Shown: positions 10,076 through 20,041 of the stretch, piece after piece
Layout: each line of letters starts with the position of its first letter
How positions within the stretch are numbered: the first letter of the stretch is position 1
IMG/VR virus record: IMGVR_UViG_3300009370_001552
Coordinates: 1 to 64,000 of that record
From: a virus
Lineage: Duplodnaviria; Caudoviricetes
DNA length: 64,000 nucleotides
Reading direction: 5' to 3' (one strand)
The notes under the pieces: generated by a model
What the model was told of the DNA's origin: nothing
Seen by the model: only the letters and a program-made list of their open reading frames with translations
The model's database searches: none
Program-made: the position numbers and the translations under genes

Positions 10076-11092
10076 TTATAGCTCCTTATAAAAATTTACA
10101 AACTCATCAAATAACTCTACTGGTGAAGAATCATACAGTTCTCTATTATGATACTTATCAAATATTTTAACATTTTTTAAATTATCAGTTAAATCTCGTT
10201 CCCATTTAAATTTTAATCTCCAACCTTCTTCTACTGTCTGTTGAGTAAAAGTAACTGCACCTTCAATAAAAAATGGAAATACTGCCACGCCAGAAGCTCC
10301 ATATATACTACACTTTGTAGATTGTAATAAAGCTATTTGTTCTTCCACCGAATCTTCACCATTAAATATAATTGATTTAATATATTTCTTATTCTTTTTA
10401 TACATATCAGTATCTTCCATAGATAACGCCCCACCTGCACTGCTACCTTCTTTTCTTGGTATTCCAATCATTACTATGTTAACTTTTAAATTATTTATTA
10501 ACATATCAACAAATGTTTCCCAATGTTTTGGATCCCAATCAAGTTTACATACGTTACCGTTCCTATATCTTATACGAGCCATTACTGCTATAGTATCTCT
10601 TTTGTGAAATCCAATGCCTTGATTTTCAAAAGTAATTTTATTTCTTACAGAATCTAATATTTCTTTTCTAGCCTGATAATGTCTATAATATCCATCTGGA
10701 TTCTGTTCCCATGTTAAATTACTGGTATTAAGAGAAAAATGTTCTGGGACTGGAGATTCTATAACTACCTCATCAAAATCATCCATATACTGTTCTTTTA
10801 TTTGTTTAAGAAAATCAGAAAACTCTAATGGTATAATTTCCATCTTACCACCCCTATACTCACCACCACAGGATGGATAAATACTACAATCTTCTAATTC
10901 CTGTGGATATGGAATATAATCATCCACAAAATCTAAATATAAAATCTTTCTACCATTAAATCCGACCATAACAGAATGCCATCCTTCATATTTTGTTTGT
11001 TTAAGTTTTCTAATCTCTGGTATATACCAACTTAACTCAAAACAAAATTCCCCCAACCAAGGTCCAAATATAACTAACTTGTTCTTTTTCAT
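10076..11092 (-). CDS. Hypothetical protein (possible GT-B/GT9-like)
   Basis: 338 aa ORF with GPWLGEFCFEL and IYGASG. Family inferred from context only. Confidence 0.35.
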   Translation of the reverse strand: MKKNKLVIFGPWLGEFCFELSWYIPEIRKLKQTKYEGWHSVMVGFNGRKILYLDFVDDYIPYPQELEDCSIYPSCGGEYRGGKMEIIPLEFSDFLKQIKEQYMDDFDEVVIESPVPEHFSLNTSNLTWEQNPDGYYRHYQARKEILDSVRNKITFENQGIGFHKRDTIAVMARIRYRNGNVCKLDWDPKHWETFVDMLINNLKVNIVMIGIPRKEGSSAGGALSMEDTDMYKKNKKYIKSIIFNGEDSVEEQIALLQSTKCSIYGASGVAVFPFFIEGAVTFTQQTVEEGWRLKFKWERDLTDNLKNVKIFDKYHNRELYDSSPVELFDEFVNFYKEL

Positions 11093-11955
11093 AAATAAAT
11101 TTCACCCTTAATAATATTACTGCCTATTGGAAATTGTCTTTGTATTGTAATACAATCTGAATATCTAACTATACATTGAGTAGTCCCACATTGTATTCCA
11201 ACATTAACTTTTGCCTTAGATTTAATGTATAATTGAATTCGTAGATCCATATGTCGCATATCTAATCTTTTATCAAATATGAATCCAAGTTCTTCTATTG
11301 GTTTATAACTCCAATAAAAATATGGATAATCATTCTGGTGTAATAATACTGTAAGTTTTTCATGGTGTTTTTGAAAAGTCTTAGAATTAAATGTTTTATC
11401 ATCCTGGCCGAATCTATCAGAGACTAAAAGACAAGCAAAATCACTATCATCGGCGGCCTCGTGGATGATGGTATCTCCTAACTTCTTCTCCTCATCTGAC
11501 CAATACATTTCTGGCTGTGAATCCATCATTTCTTTATCTGTGAACTGCCAGAACTCTAACATCTGTTTAAGAAGTGGTATATCAGTATTATCATTATCGT
11601 ATATTCTATAATGATCATGAAACACTTCGCCATCTAACTCATCAACAAACTCATCTACGTATGGATTATTATCAAATATCACATGAACATTATTGTGGTC
11701 TTGACCATATAACTTTTTTAGAAGTTTTTTAGTTGGAACATACACCTTACAATCAGGATACTTTTCTTTAAGTAGCTGTGGCATTGCAGATATAATTCCC
11801 CAATCACCTATTCCATGACAGGTTCTCATAACCATAAATTCTTGATTATCTAAATATTCATCTGGTATTCGTAATCCTTCTGACTCTTCAAATCCAAGTT
11901 GTTCTACTTCATTTACTGAATATAATTGATCATCTAATATTCTATAAAATATCAT
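11089..11955 (-). CDS. GT9 (heptosyltransferase)-like protein
   Basis: MRTCHGIGDWGIISAMPQLLKEKYPDCKVYV resembles the GT9 N-terminal xxGD..P motif. Also NPYVDE. Confidence 0.55.
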   Translation of the reverse strand: MIFYRILDDQLYSVNEVEQLGFEESEGLRIPDEYLDNQEFMVMRTCHGIGDWGIISAMPQLLKEKYPDCKVYVPTKKLLKKLYGQDHNNVHVIFDNNPYVDEFVDELDGEVFHDHYRIYDNDNTDIPLLKQMLEFWQFTDKEMMDSQPEMYWSDEEKKLGDTIIHEAADDSDFACLLVSDRFGQDDKTFNSKTFQKHHEKLTVLLHQNDYPYFYWSYKPIEELGFIFDKRLDMRHMDLRIQLYIKSKAKVNVGIQCGTTQCIVRYSDCITIQRQFPIGSNIIKGEIYL

Positions 11956-12641
11956 TTAAAAATTTTCTGTTTAGTCAAATCTATACAAGTATTTGAATCA
12001 CCAGTATCCTCATTAACTTTTGGAGTATGACTCATCAATATCAAACCACGAGCAGCATCTTCCGGTGTCATATACATATTATAACCAATTAATCCAAACT
12101 CATCTTTTTCATATTTGATTTCATTGTGTCTGCCTTCATATCTCATCATCTTAAACCATTCTACTGCAGTTTCATCATTAGTCAAAATCATACCACCCTT
12201 ACCTATTGGTATTCTCTTTTTAATTTGAAATGATACTACTTGGAATCCGTCTCCCACAACATACATTCCTTCCGTCCATCTTGTAGCTCCGTCATAAATG
12301 CTTGTAGGTTTTAATTGATATACTCCACTCCATTCTTTATCTTCAAATTTTACTTTACATCCTGCATTAATTATAGTCATTGGAACTGAAACATATGTTC
12401 TGGATGGAATAGTTATTTCACCTTCATAATTCAAATATTTTAGACATAAGAATAATCCATCTGTACAATTATCAACCGAAACTCCATATTTACAACCAGC
12501 AAATTTTGCAACTTCATTTTCAAATATTTCAACCACATCCCAAGGGTCTTTCCAATCATAACCATATTCTCTAATCAGGTCAAGTTCTGGCCGTTGAAAC
12601 TCTTTTGGTATTTTACCTACTGGCCAAATTTTATATCCCAC
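11952..12641 (-). CDS. Minimal DegT-family aminotransferase (229 aa)
   Basis: FENEVAKFAGCKYGVSVDNCT and SFQIKKRIPIGKGGMILT. Lacks the usual C-terminal small domain. GTG start. Confidence 0.75.
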   Translation of the reverse strand: MGYKIWPVGKIPKEFQRPELDLIREYGYDWKDPWDVVEIFENEVAKFAGCKYGVSVDNCTDGLFLCLKYLNYEGEITIPSRTYVSVPMTIINAGCKVKFEDKEWSGVYQLKPTSIYDGATRWTEGMYVVGDGFQVVSFQIKKRIPIGKGGMILTNDETAVEWFKMMRYEGRHNEIKYEKDEFGLIGYNMYMTPEDAARGLILMSHTPKVNEDTGDSNTCIDLTKQKIFK

Positions 12642-12642
12642 C

Positions 12643-13038
12643 TTACCAACTCACTTCCCAATCTTCAAACTCTGCTGCTATACAATCTACTTTATAATCT
12701 TTTCTTCCATCATCATCAAGTTGATCCTGTATAATGTTCTTTGCAGTATTTCTGATTCCATTTAATCCATGGGTAAGTCCAAGATTTCCATCACCCCCAC
12801 CTGCTCTGTATTTAGTTTCATTGTGCCATATATGTAAATTCATTTGAGATAGTACCACAATTGCCCTAACCATTTTTCCGTCTAAACCCAATTCTGTTAA
12901 GTCATGGACTATATCATCAATTTCTTGAGCATATTCCGCTTTATGTTCTGGAATAAACACTTCCTTTAATTGAATAATTGAAAGTCTATCTATTAACTCA
13001 CTAACAGTTGGTAAGTATTTTCTATCTATTGATTTCAT
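12643..13038 (-). CDS. Hypothetical helical protein
   Basis: 131 aa ORF overlapping its neighbours. ELIDRLSI..LK and NLHIWHNE motifs. Confidence 0.6.
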   Translation of the reverse strand: MKSIDRKYLPTVSELIDRLSIIQLKEVFIPEHKAEYAQEIDDIVHDLTELGLDGKMVRAIVVLSQMNLHIWHNETKYRAGGGDGNLGLTHGLNGIRNTAKNIIQDQLDDDGRKDYKVDCIAAEFEDWEVSW

Positions 13039-13252
13039 CGTATAACCTATTTTGAGTTTCTTGTTTATCTATTGTCTTATGGTGGTATAATGATAATTCT
13101 TCATTTGGTGGGAGGTGTGCGTATGTTTTACAACCTGTAATGTGTTCATGAACTGGTTTTACCCATCTTATTTTTTCATCATTACGAAATACTCTCGCTT
13201 GATAGTCGGGTGAGTTAATTATTGGAACTTTATATTTTACTTTGACTTTCAT
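13022..13252 (-). CDS. C-terminal half of a split/frameshifted GT2 glycosyltransferase
   Basis: PDYQARVFRN..IRW..PVHE..LYHHK is the usual C-terminal part of GT2 beta-1,4-glucosyltransferase-like proteins. Starts 2 nt after the stop of the N-half. Confidence 0.75.
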   Translation of the reverse strand: MKVKVKYKVPIINSPDYQARVFRNDEKIRWVKPVHEHITGCKTYAHLPPNEELSLYHHKTIDKQETQNRLYDEINR

Positions 13253-13254
13253 TT

Positions 13255-13779
13255 TTACAATATTTCTTCTTCAACAATTAAGTCCATTTTTTTCAAGAGT
13301 TTATATTCTTCACTTTCAGTATCCATAACCTTTTCATTATAAAGCTCAAATGGTGCAGTTATTTTCCAACCCCATTGTTTTATGTGTTGTTCTGTTATTC
13401 CATCAACTGTATTTACTCTTGGTATCCAAATTAAATCAGCATCATTCATTTCTAATATCGGTTTAAGTTGCTCTAATAATATTTCATTCGGGTACTCATC
13501 GGCATCCAGATGGAAAATATAATCACCGAAGCAATTAGCCTTCCCATAATTCTTTAACTCTGAAAAATCTCCATCAAAATCAAAATTTACTGAGCTGAAA
13601 GCTAATGGATCTTCGTAACTATATAGATAATCCCTGACCTCATCACTACCATTTTTACTATCTCTAACTATAACAATTTCATCTCCATCTCGTTTGTGTT
13701 TTAGTAGAAATGGAAGTAATTTTTGTATTTCTTCAAGTTCAGTGCAAACGGTAATGCAATAACTAATTTTCATTTTCAA
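13255..13779 (-). CDS. N-terminal half of a split/frameshifted GT2 glycosyltransferase
   Basis: KISYCITVC, IFHLDADE (DxD) and WIPRVN. Stops before the YQ-R/HE motifs. Confidence 0.8.
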   Translation of the reverse strand: MKMKISYCITVCTELEEIQKLLPFLLKHKRDGDEIVIVRDSKNGSDEVRDYLYSYEDPLAFSSVNFDFDGDFSELKNYGKANCFGDYIFHLDADEYPNEILLEQLKPILEMNDADLIWIPRVNTVDGITEQHIKQWGWKITAPFELYNEKVMDTESEEYKLLKKMDLIVEEEIL

Positions 13780-14281
13780 ATAACTCTATTTGTTTTTCAT
13801 ACTGTTTAGACTTTTCTTTGCCACTTAATGCTGATTCAAAGTCGTAGTTTAATAATTCTACTAATTTCATTTTATCAAGTTTAAATGTTTTGTATATATT
13901 TGGAAGTGTTTTCTCAAGTTTTTTTATGTTTTTGTTATAGAATACCTTTGGTGCTGAATATCCACTTGGAAACTTTAATGATTGATATTCAAACTTTCCA
14001 TCACTTTCATTCAATATACCTTTACTCTCCTTTATAATTTTCTTTAATTCAACTGGTGGGACTTCTGCTAAATCGAGACAGTGAGCTTTTTGATCCTTCA
14101 TACCACCAGCAACTGGCCATAAGTTTAATATCAAAATTAAATACCGTTCTTTAGATGCAGTTTTACTGTCATATCTGATTTCATAAACTACTCCTTGTTT
14201 TAAATCACGGGGTTTGGATTTTTTACGACCCTTATTCCCACCGATAATTTTACCTCTATGTAATCTGTAGTACTTAGCCAT
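13763..14281 (-). CDS. Hypothetical protein
   Basis: 172 aa ORF overlapping its neighbours; no recognised motif. Confidence 0.6.
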   Translation of the reverse strand: MAKYYRLHRGKIIGGNKGRKKSKPRDLKQGVVYEIRYDSKTASKERYLILILNLWPVAGGMKDQKAHCLDLAEVPPVELKKIIKESKGILNESDGKFEYQSLKFPSGYSAPKVFYNKNIKKLEKTLPNIYKTFKLDKMKLVELLNYDFESALSGKEKSKQYEKQIELFENEN

Positions 14282-14741
14282 TTCCTATATCCTTTGCAAA
14301 TCCCATGTCTTTACATGCTGTTAAAAATTCATATTGTCCATATTCTATTGCACCGTCTACATCAAGTTTTTCTGTGTAAAACTCATCATCTTTTCCTGGA
14401 ATTGGATAGGATTGTTTTTCATTTTCAGTAACCTCTACTACAGTTGCATATTTCCATACCCAATTATCTAATGATCCCTCTGGAAATATCATACCCATTT
14501 TACCCATATTTATAACGGATGGATACCAGTATATTTGTCTTTCTTCATCAAAAAACTCTAAATCTTTAACAAGTTTAGAAGTGGTTTCTAATAGTTTTGC
14601 TCTTTCTGTGTTGTCCTCTGTATAAAAGGTATTACTGGTAAATCCGCAATTAAAACAGATGAAGCTGCTAAATGTTTCCTGTATATCTTCAAAACAAGTA
14701 TCTTTATCATAACATACAGGACAATCTATTACTCTTTCCAT
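14274..14741 (-). CDS. Hypothetical zinc-finger protein
   Basis: CPVC...C...CFNCG cysteine pairs at the N-terminus. Confidence 0.6.
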   Translation of the reverse strand: MERVIDCPVCYDKDTCFEDIQETFSSFICFNCGFTSNTFYTEDNTERAKLLETTSKLVKDLEFFDEERQIYWYPSVINMGKMGMIFPEGSLDNWVWKYATVVEVTENEKQSYPIPGKDDEFYTEKLDVDGAIEYGQYEFLTACKDMGFAKDIGNG

Positions 14742-14742
14742 A

Positions 14743-16086
14743 TTATTTTACTCTCTTTAATTTTGGTAGCTCTATTGAAGGTTTCTCTTTTACTTCACCC
14801 ACTTTTTTTAGTTTAGGTAATTTCAACTCCACAGGTTGTGCTGGTGCCTCAAAATCAGGTAAGTATTTATCAAGTATTTTCTCAAACTTTACAGTCATTG
14901 CATCAAGTGAGAACTTTGTCTTATTCACTATACCCTGTTTCTTTGACTTTACCAAGTATTTATTATAATTATCATGAACATCTTTTAACATTTTAGATGC
15001 GTAATTATAATTTACAGTGAACCACTGCGTTCCTTTAATGTGCATTCCCTTTTGTAGTGACTCCGCCTTAACATCATTCATACTGCCCGGCAATAATACT
15101 GATTTTTCATTATTCAAAAAATCTGTATGTCCACTCCAATTTGGTGCAATTACTGGTTTTTCACTTAAAGATGCTTCAAGTAATGGGCGACCAAATCCTT
15201 CTCCGTGAGTGAATGAAACATGGACCTTTACCTTTGGATGATTGTATAAATCATTCATCTCATCATCTCGTAAATCACCATGAAGAACATAAACATTTGG
15301 TAGATTACCACTTACAGTTTGTTTAATTTGACTTAATTTTTCAAGTATATCTTCTCTATCTAATATACAAGGAGTTGCACCACTTGTTTTTAGAATGAGT
15401 GCTGGTTGTTTCTTCTTATTCTTAAATGTTTCCAAGAATGTTTTAATCAACATACCAAGGTCTTTTCTATCATTTCCCAAACCACCTTGTAACCAATGAC
15501 CTACGAATAAGAAACAAAAATCTTCATCTATTACTGATAGTTCATCTACCAAATCCTTTGAGAACTCATTTGTAGTTTTGTATATGTTTGTATCTGCACC
15601 TTCAAATAAAACCTCTACTGGAGTTTGACATCTAACTTCACCAATTTTTTGTTGTGTCTGTTTATCATGTTTATCAAACACCACCTTCTCTATACTTTCC
15701 TTTACAAAGTTTGCAGGAACTATATTCAAATTCATTCTATTTAGCCCTTCTACCCATTCAGGAGGACATACAGTAGTTTCAAGTCCTGCAGTTATGCCCA
15801 ATGAAAATTTACCAATAGGATTGAATTCATTAGGAACACTCATTTGAATAAGTATATCTGGTTGTCTATCCATATTTGGACCAGATAGTATTCTCTTTAT
15901 AATTGGAGTATCATTTGGATTACTTTCCTCAAGTGCATTCTGGGGAGTGGACCCCCACCTCATAGGCCAAACTTTTACATCAAATTTATCCATCATTACC
16001 AGCGAACGAACTATATCTCTGGCATGACTCCCGTACCCTGATCTTGTTCCAACCGGACCTTGAAATAATAATAAAGGCTTATACAT
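14743..16086 (-). CDS. GT-B (GT4-like) glycosyltransferase
   Basis: TRSGYG, FLFVGHW, HGEGFGRPLLEASLSEKPVIAPNWSGHTDF. Likely start is MYKPLL at 16086. Confidence 0.85.
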   Translation of the reverse strand: MYKPLLLFQGPVGTRSGYGSHARDIVRSLVMMDKFDVKVWPMRWGSTPQNALEESNPNDTPIIKRILSGPNMDRQPDILIQMSVPNEFNPIGKFSLGITAGLETTVCPPEWVEGLNRMNLNIVPANFVKESIEKVVFDKHDKQTQQKIGEVRCQTPVEVLFEGADTNIYKTTNEFSKDLVDELSVIDEDFCFLFVGHWLQGGLGNDRKDLGMLIKTFLETFKNKKKQPALILKTSGATPCILDREDILEKLSQIKQTVSGNLPNVYVLHGDLRDDEMNDLYNHPKVKVHVSFTHGEGFGRPLLEASLSEKPVIAPNWSGHTDFLNNEKSVLLPGSMNDVKAESLQKGMHIKGTQWFTVNYNYASKMLKDVHDNYNKYLVKSKKQGIVNKTKFSLDAMTVKFEKILDKYLPDFEAPAQPVELKLPKLKKVGEVKEKPSIELPKLKRVK

Positions 16087-16774
16087 ATATTTCAACCTCC
16101 CCACTATATTTAATTCTAATAAATTTCGATTTCATTACATTCATAATTTCGTTTTGCCTCTTAATATCTATTTGTTTTAATTTACCATTTTTATTGTAAT
16201 GGTGTGTTTCATCATATTCCACAACCACGCTTTTCTCTTTATCATATCCATCTACGAAATATCTCGTATCTGGTATTTGATATTCTCCACCATTTTCTGC
16301 GTGTTGAAAGTTGTAACCATTTTCTTTTCCGTATTGTTCTATTATTTTACAGGCTTCTGGGTTATACCTATTTTTCTTCCACTTTCTTAATGTATAAATA
16401 GATGCACATTTAATTGAACAATATTTAGCGGTATTCTTTCTATTATTTTGTACATAAAATACCATTTTGCAATTCTTACATTTAATTTCATATTCATCTT
16501 TTCCCAATGAAATTCCTATTTTATTTTCATTTGCACATTTTACAGAACAACATTTATACTTACTTTGATTTTTTTGTACATAAAACTCATTTTCACAATT
16601 TTCACAAATTTTATAAAACCCAGTAAATCTCCCAGTACTGTTTATTTTATTAGAACAACTATGACTACAATAGCGTGGAGTTTTTAATTTTAACATATAT
16701 GGTTTATAATATACATCATTTTCACATTCCGAATTACAACACTTTTTATATTTTCCTGTTTTTTTTCTTCCCAT
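16079..16774 (-). mobile_element. Free-standing putative homing endonuclease: CxxC zinc repeats plus a PD-(D/E)XK-like HAENGGE nuclease domain
   Basis: Likely start MGRKK at 16774. Three Cys-rich repeats (CENC...CCSVKC). C-terminal NPEAC..FQHAENGGEY..VDGYDKEK..VEYDE..H domain nearly identical to that of 50303..51136. Confidence 0.7.
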
Positions 16775-16916
16775 CACCACTCTCCCGTTTATCAATATAT
16801 TCAATAATAATATGAGAAGTCCATTCATTCATTTTCAGGAAATTCTTCTTACAATAATCCTTCAATCTGTCATGAGCTTCTTTTGTTATTTTTAATGTTT
16901 TCATATTATCTTCCAT
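16746..16916 (-). CDS. Ribbon-helix-helix-like DNA-binding micro-protein (56 aa)
   Basis: Unannotated ORF MEDNMKTLKITKEAHDRLKDYCKKNFLKMNEWTSHIIIEYIDKR...; alternating KTLKI strand followed by two helices. Confidence 0.6.
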   Translation of the reverse strand: MEDNMKTLKITKEAHDRLKDYCKKNFLKMNEWTSHIIIEYIDKRESGDGKKKNRKI

Positions 16917-16930
16917 ACTAATAAATATAA
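16917..16930 (-). promoter_or_regulatory. Recurrent TATTTAT promoter-like motif
   Basis: Minus strand TTATATTTATTAGT directly upstream of the RHH+endonuclease cassette. The same core occurs in six other intergenic gaps. Confidence 0.5.
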
Positions 16931-16967
16931 GAAAGTAGAAAAAAGTGTAGTTTTTTCTTCATTTAAT

Positions 16968-18419
16968 TTAAACTTTATATAATGTAAATCGTTTTCTTGG
17001 TGTCCATTTTTCAAATGCTGTATCCATATCATGAACAAATCTGTCACACATTAGTTTTGCTGACATGCCCACTTCTTCTGTTAATAGATATTCTCTACCA
17101 TATCCACCAAATTCTTTTCTCTTTTCAGGTCCTTCATTATACCACTCCATTAGTCTATCTGCCACATCATCAAACCTACATCTATCGTCAAATATATAAG
17201 GCGTTGGAATTGAACCCTGTAAACTTCTATTTGATGGCCATACTGGTTTTACCCAATCTCCCCAAGTTAAATCAGGATTATCTTTCCATTTTCTATCATC
17301 ATGTAATGAATGTACCCAATCATAATCTTTTTCCGTTAATAGTTTGTCCTTATAAATAAATCCACACTGATCTTGTAGTCCACCAGTTACATTTACCGTT
17401 ATTGGTGTTCCTGACATTAGACTTTCTGCCGTACCAAGTCCGTAACCTTCATTACTCGCAATGTTTATAGTTACATCTGCAATATTATAGAGAAAATTGA
17501 GTTGTTCGTCATCTATCTTTTGGTGTGAAAATATAACATCATAATCAGGACAAACAGAATCAACCACTCGTGGTAAATCTGTTCCATTTTGGTCTACTGG
17601 TTGAGTGTGCATAATCAACACACATTTATCTGCATTTTCTTTTGGTAATTGGTCACAGAATGTTTTATATGCCATAATCACATCACTTGGAACTTTTCTT
17701 CTAATGTTTCTATTGTTCCAAAATACTATAAAATCCTTTTCTGTATTATGAAGTACTGATTTTCTATATCCCTGTAGTTTGTTCCAGGCTTCCATATCTA
17801 ATTCATTTATTGGAAAGAACTTATCTTCTGGAATACCATGTGGAACATATGTACAATCCCAATCTGTTCTCGGTTTCTTCACGGCAGCATCTCTAACCAT
17901 TGCAACAGATTGCTTGGATATGCTCATAATCAAATCAGAGCTTTCATAGAAAAACTCGTTGTATCTTGGAGTAGGGCGGTCGTCCCAGATTGAATAGTAA
18001 AAAATTGGAATGTGTTGGCGTAATTCATGTTCCATTTGATATAACCACCCCCAAAAGCGAGGGTCTGTATAATGAAGTATGGCGTCTGGTTTTTCAATGT
18101 TCATCAACTGACGAAGTAATTCCTGATTTCCATAACCACTAATTGGATATATTTTAAGATAGGCATCTTCAATTCCAGTTTCTTCACGGACTGAATCATT
18201 CATATCCACCACTTTACCTTCTTCTGGATGTTTGATTGCTCCACCTGCTTGACAAAATTTATATCTATGTAACATTCCAAGTACAAAGTTTTTGGAGACT
18301 GTACCAACTCCACTACTCATTCTTAAATCATCCGATAATAATAATATAGTTTTTCTATCTTCTATCGGAAGAACTTCAGTTCCGTTTCTTATGTCTCCAA
18401 TCTTATATTTTTTCATCAT
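16968..18419 (-). CDS. GT-B (GT4-like) glycosyltransferase
   Basis: SDDLRMSSGVG, YVPHGI, NRNIRRK and NEGYGLGTAESLMSGTPI. Confidence 0.85.
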   Translation of the reverse strand: MMKKYKIGDIRNGTEVLPIEDRKTILLLSDDLRMSSGVGTVSKNFVLGMLHRYKFCQAGGAIKHPEEGKVVDMNDSVREETGIEDAYLKIYPISGYGNQELLRQLMNIEKPDAILHYTDPRFWGWLYQMEHELRQHIPIFYYSIWDDRPTPRYNEFFYESSDLIMSISKQSVAMVRDAAVKKPRTDWDCTYVPHGIPEDKFFPINELDMEAWNKLQGYRKSVLHNTEKDFIVFWNNRNIRRKVPSDVIMAYKTFCDQLPKENADKCVLIMHTQPVDQNGTDLPRVVDSVCPDYDVIFSHQKIDDEQLNFLYNIADVTINIASNEGYGLGTAESLMSGTPITVNVTGGLQDQCGFIYKDKLLTEKDYDWVHSLHDDRKWKDNPDLTWGDWVKPVWPSNRSLQGSIPTPYIFDDRCRFDDVADRLMEWYNEGPEKRKEFGGYGREYLLTEEVGMSAKLMCDRFVHDMDTAFEKWTPRKRFTLYKV

Positions 18420-18446
18420 TGTTTCATTTATAACCTCATTTTCTAT

Positions 18447-18650
18447 TTAAAAATTACTACCACTTGCTTCAAGTTCAGTATATTCCACTATAGATTTCTT
18501 ATATTCTTCATCATTCAAGTATCTATTCATTGACCTATTTACCAATTTTTGTAGAGTGAATTCTTCTCTTAATGCCACTTCCTTAAATCTCTTATATAAA
18601 TCCGTTATTATTTTAACGGAAGTTAGTTTTGCATCACTTTTCATATTCAT
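18447..18650 (-). CDS. Small RHH-like DNA-binding protein
   Basis: LTSVKIITDLYKRFKEVALREEFTLQKLVNRSMNRYL strand-helix-helix pattern. Confidence 0.5.
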   Translation of the reverse strand: MNMKSDAKLTSVKIITDLYKRFKEVALREEFTLQKLVNRSMNRYLNDEEYKKSIVEYTELEASGSNF

Positions 18651-18715
18651 CCCTTATTCTATTTATATTTTCGTTTACTAACGGATCCGAAAACTCTTTT
18701 ATATTTTTTTTAAAC

Positions 18716-19033
18716 TTATACAGGCCAAAGTGCTTCACTTACCTGTTCTATGTATGTGGTTAAAGCATAAGTCTTAATAAACTCATCGTCAGATGTTAAG
18801 AGTTCTTCCAAAATTACGAGAGATTCACCATAAAAATCTTCTGCCGTATCATCTATAGGGATATCCACCTCATCTGCCTCAATGATTTTTATTAAAGTAT
18901 CATACTCAATACTACTAACTCTATCCTCGTGCACAATCCCATAGTTCCATACTAATTTATATAATATTTCACTTAAATCGCGAAATACTTCTAAAGGTGT
19001 TCCTATAGAGTCGTAACTAAATACTTGTCCCAT
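18716..19033 (-). CDS. Hypothetical acidic protein
   Basis: 105 aa ORF preceded by a GGAGG Shine-Dalgarno. Confidence 0.6.
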   Translation of the reverse strand: MGQVFSYDSIGTPLEVFRDLSEILYKLVWNYGIVHEDRVSSIEYDTLIKIIEADEVDIPIDDTAEDFYGESLVILEELLTSDDEFIKTYALTTYIEQVSEALWPV

Positions 19034-19149
19034 TATTTTCCTCCAATTTCATTTGTCATGAATGGTTTTGCACTAACTCGGCCCAACTTTTCTCTTAAAG
19101 TTTCTAATCCCCAAATTACTACATCAATTGTTTTAATTACATATTTCAT
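19033..19149 (-). CDS. Unannotated 38-aa micro-ORF
   Basis: MKYVIKTIDVVIWGLETLREKLGRVSAKPFMTNEIGGK. GGAGA SD upstream; stop overlaps the next ATG (TAATG). Confidence 0.5.
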   Translation of the reverse strand: MKYVIKTIDVVIWGLETLREKLGRVSAKPFMTNEIGGK

Positions 19150-19161
19150 AAATTGTTCTCC

Positions 19162-19181
19162 GTATATACATATATATATCA
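19162..19181 (-). promoter_or_regulatory. TGATATATAT(AT)GTATATAC promoter-like motif, copy 1
   Basis: Near-identical copy at 49351..49368; both sit in short intergenic gaps just upstream of an SD. Confidence 0.5.
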
Positions 19182-19183
19182 AA

Positions 19184-19588
19184 TTAATCTAAAATTACAA
19201 CTTTTTTTTCTAATTTTGTAGCGTATTCTATTGTGTTATTTGTTCCACTTGATTTATGACCCTTTGGTATGAATGCTACTATATAATCACTATATTCAGC
19301 TATTTGTTTATTTCTATCATGATAATTCCACACAGCGTATTTCTTTCCATATTCACTTCTATCTAATATACAATGCTGATTGTACTGGTAATGTGATGGT
19401 GGAAACTCTACATATTTCATATCAAACTCAATAGCAAATTTCTTCGCATATCCATCGGCTCCATGTTTTTGACCACCACTAACTATTTCTACTTCATCAC
19501 CAAACTTTTCCTTTAACCCAAATACGAACTCTCTAATCTTTCGTTTGTTTGCATATTTGCGAGATCCAACGCAACCAACTTTTACCAT
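19184..19588 (-). CDS. SLOG/DprA-Smf-like (YspA/DUF2493-type) protein
   Basis: VGCVGSR, IVSGG..GAD, RNKQIAEYSD.IVAF and GTNNTI. Confidence 0.75.
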   Translation of the reverse strand: MVKVGCVGSRKYANKRKIREFVFGLKEKFGDEVEIVSGGQKHGADGYAKKFAIEFDMKYVEFPPSHYQYNQHCILDRSEYGKKYAVWNYHDRNKQIAEYSDYIVAFIPKGHKSSGTNNTIEYATKLEKKVVILD

Positions 19589-19591
19589 AAC

Positions 19592-20041
19592 CTAATCCTC
19601 ATAATCATTTCGTTTTTGTTTCCTTTTTACCTGTTGTTGTTTTGATGGTTTTGGATTGGATACAAATTCTATGGTATCTTTAAACTCACTCAATCCATCC
19701 AATATTCCCTCTACTTCTGATGTGCCTGTGAAATAATATTGAAACCTATAATTCAATTCTGGTGTTATATCTTTGACGTGTGTCATATTGAACCACGTAA
19801 AGTCACCCCTTTCTGTATAATTACCAACTTTTATAGTTGTCTTATAATGGAGTATTTTTTCATATCGTTCTAAAAACCCCTTTAAATCTTTGGATGTTAT
19901 ATCACCTTCATCATACCACAGTTGCAATTTAAACGGGTGGATATCATACACTTCATTTATTTTGTCTATAACGGAATGTTCAATGTCCGTGTTTAAAAAA
20001 TACGACAATTTTGTTCGCATACTAAAACTATGAATTATCAC
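19592..20041 (-). CDS. Hypothetical protein
   Basis: 149 aa ORF; no recognised motif. Confidence 0.55.
   Translation of the reverse strand: MIIHSFSMRTKLSYFLNTDIEHSVIDKINEVYDIHPFKLQLWYDEGDITSKDLKGFLERYEKILHYKTTIKVGNYTERGDFTWFNMTHVKDITPELNYRFQYYFTGTSEVEGILDGLSEFKDTIEFVSNPKPSKQQQVKRKQKRNDYED

Noticed and set aside
13763-14281. T4 gp2-like DNA end protector
   Set aside because: Only a vague resemblance; characteristic motifs are not recognisable, so left as hypothetical.
18660-18715. Rho-independent terminator (TTTTCG...CGAAAA inverted repeat)
   Set aside because: Weak AT-rich stem with a long loop and no U-tract on the coding strand.
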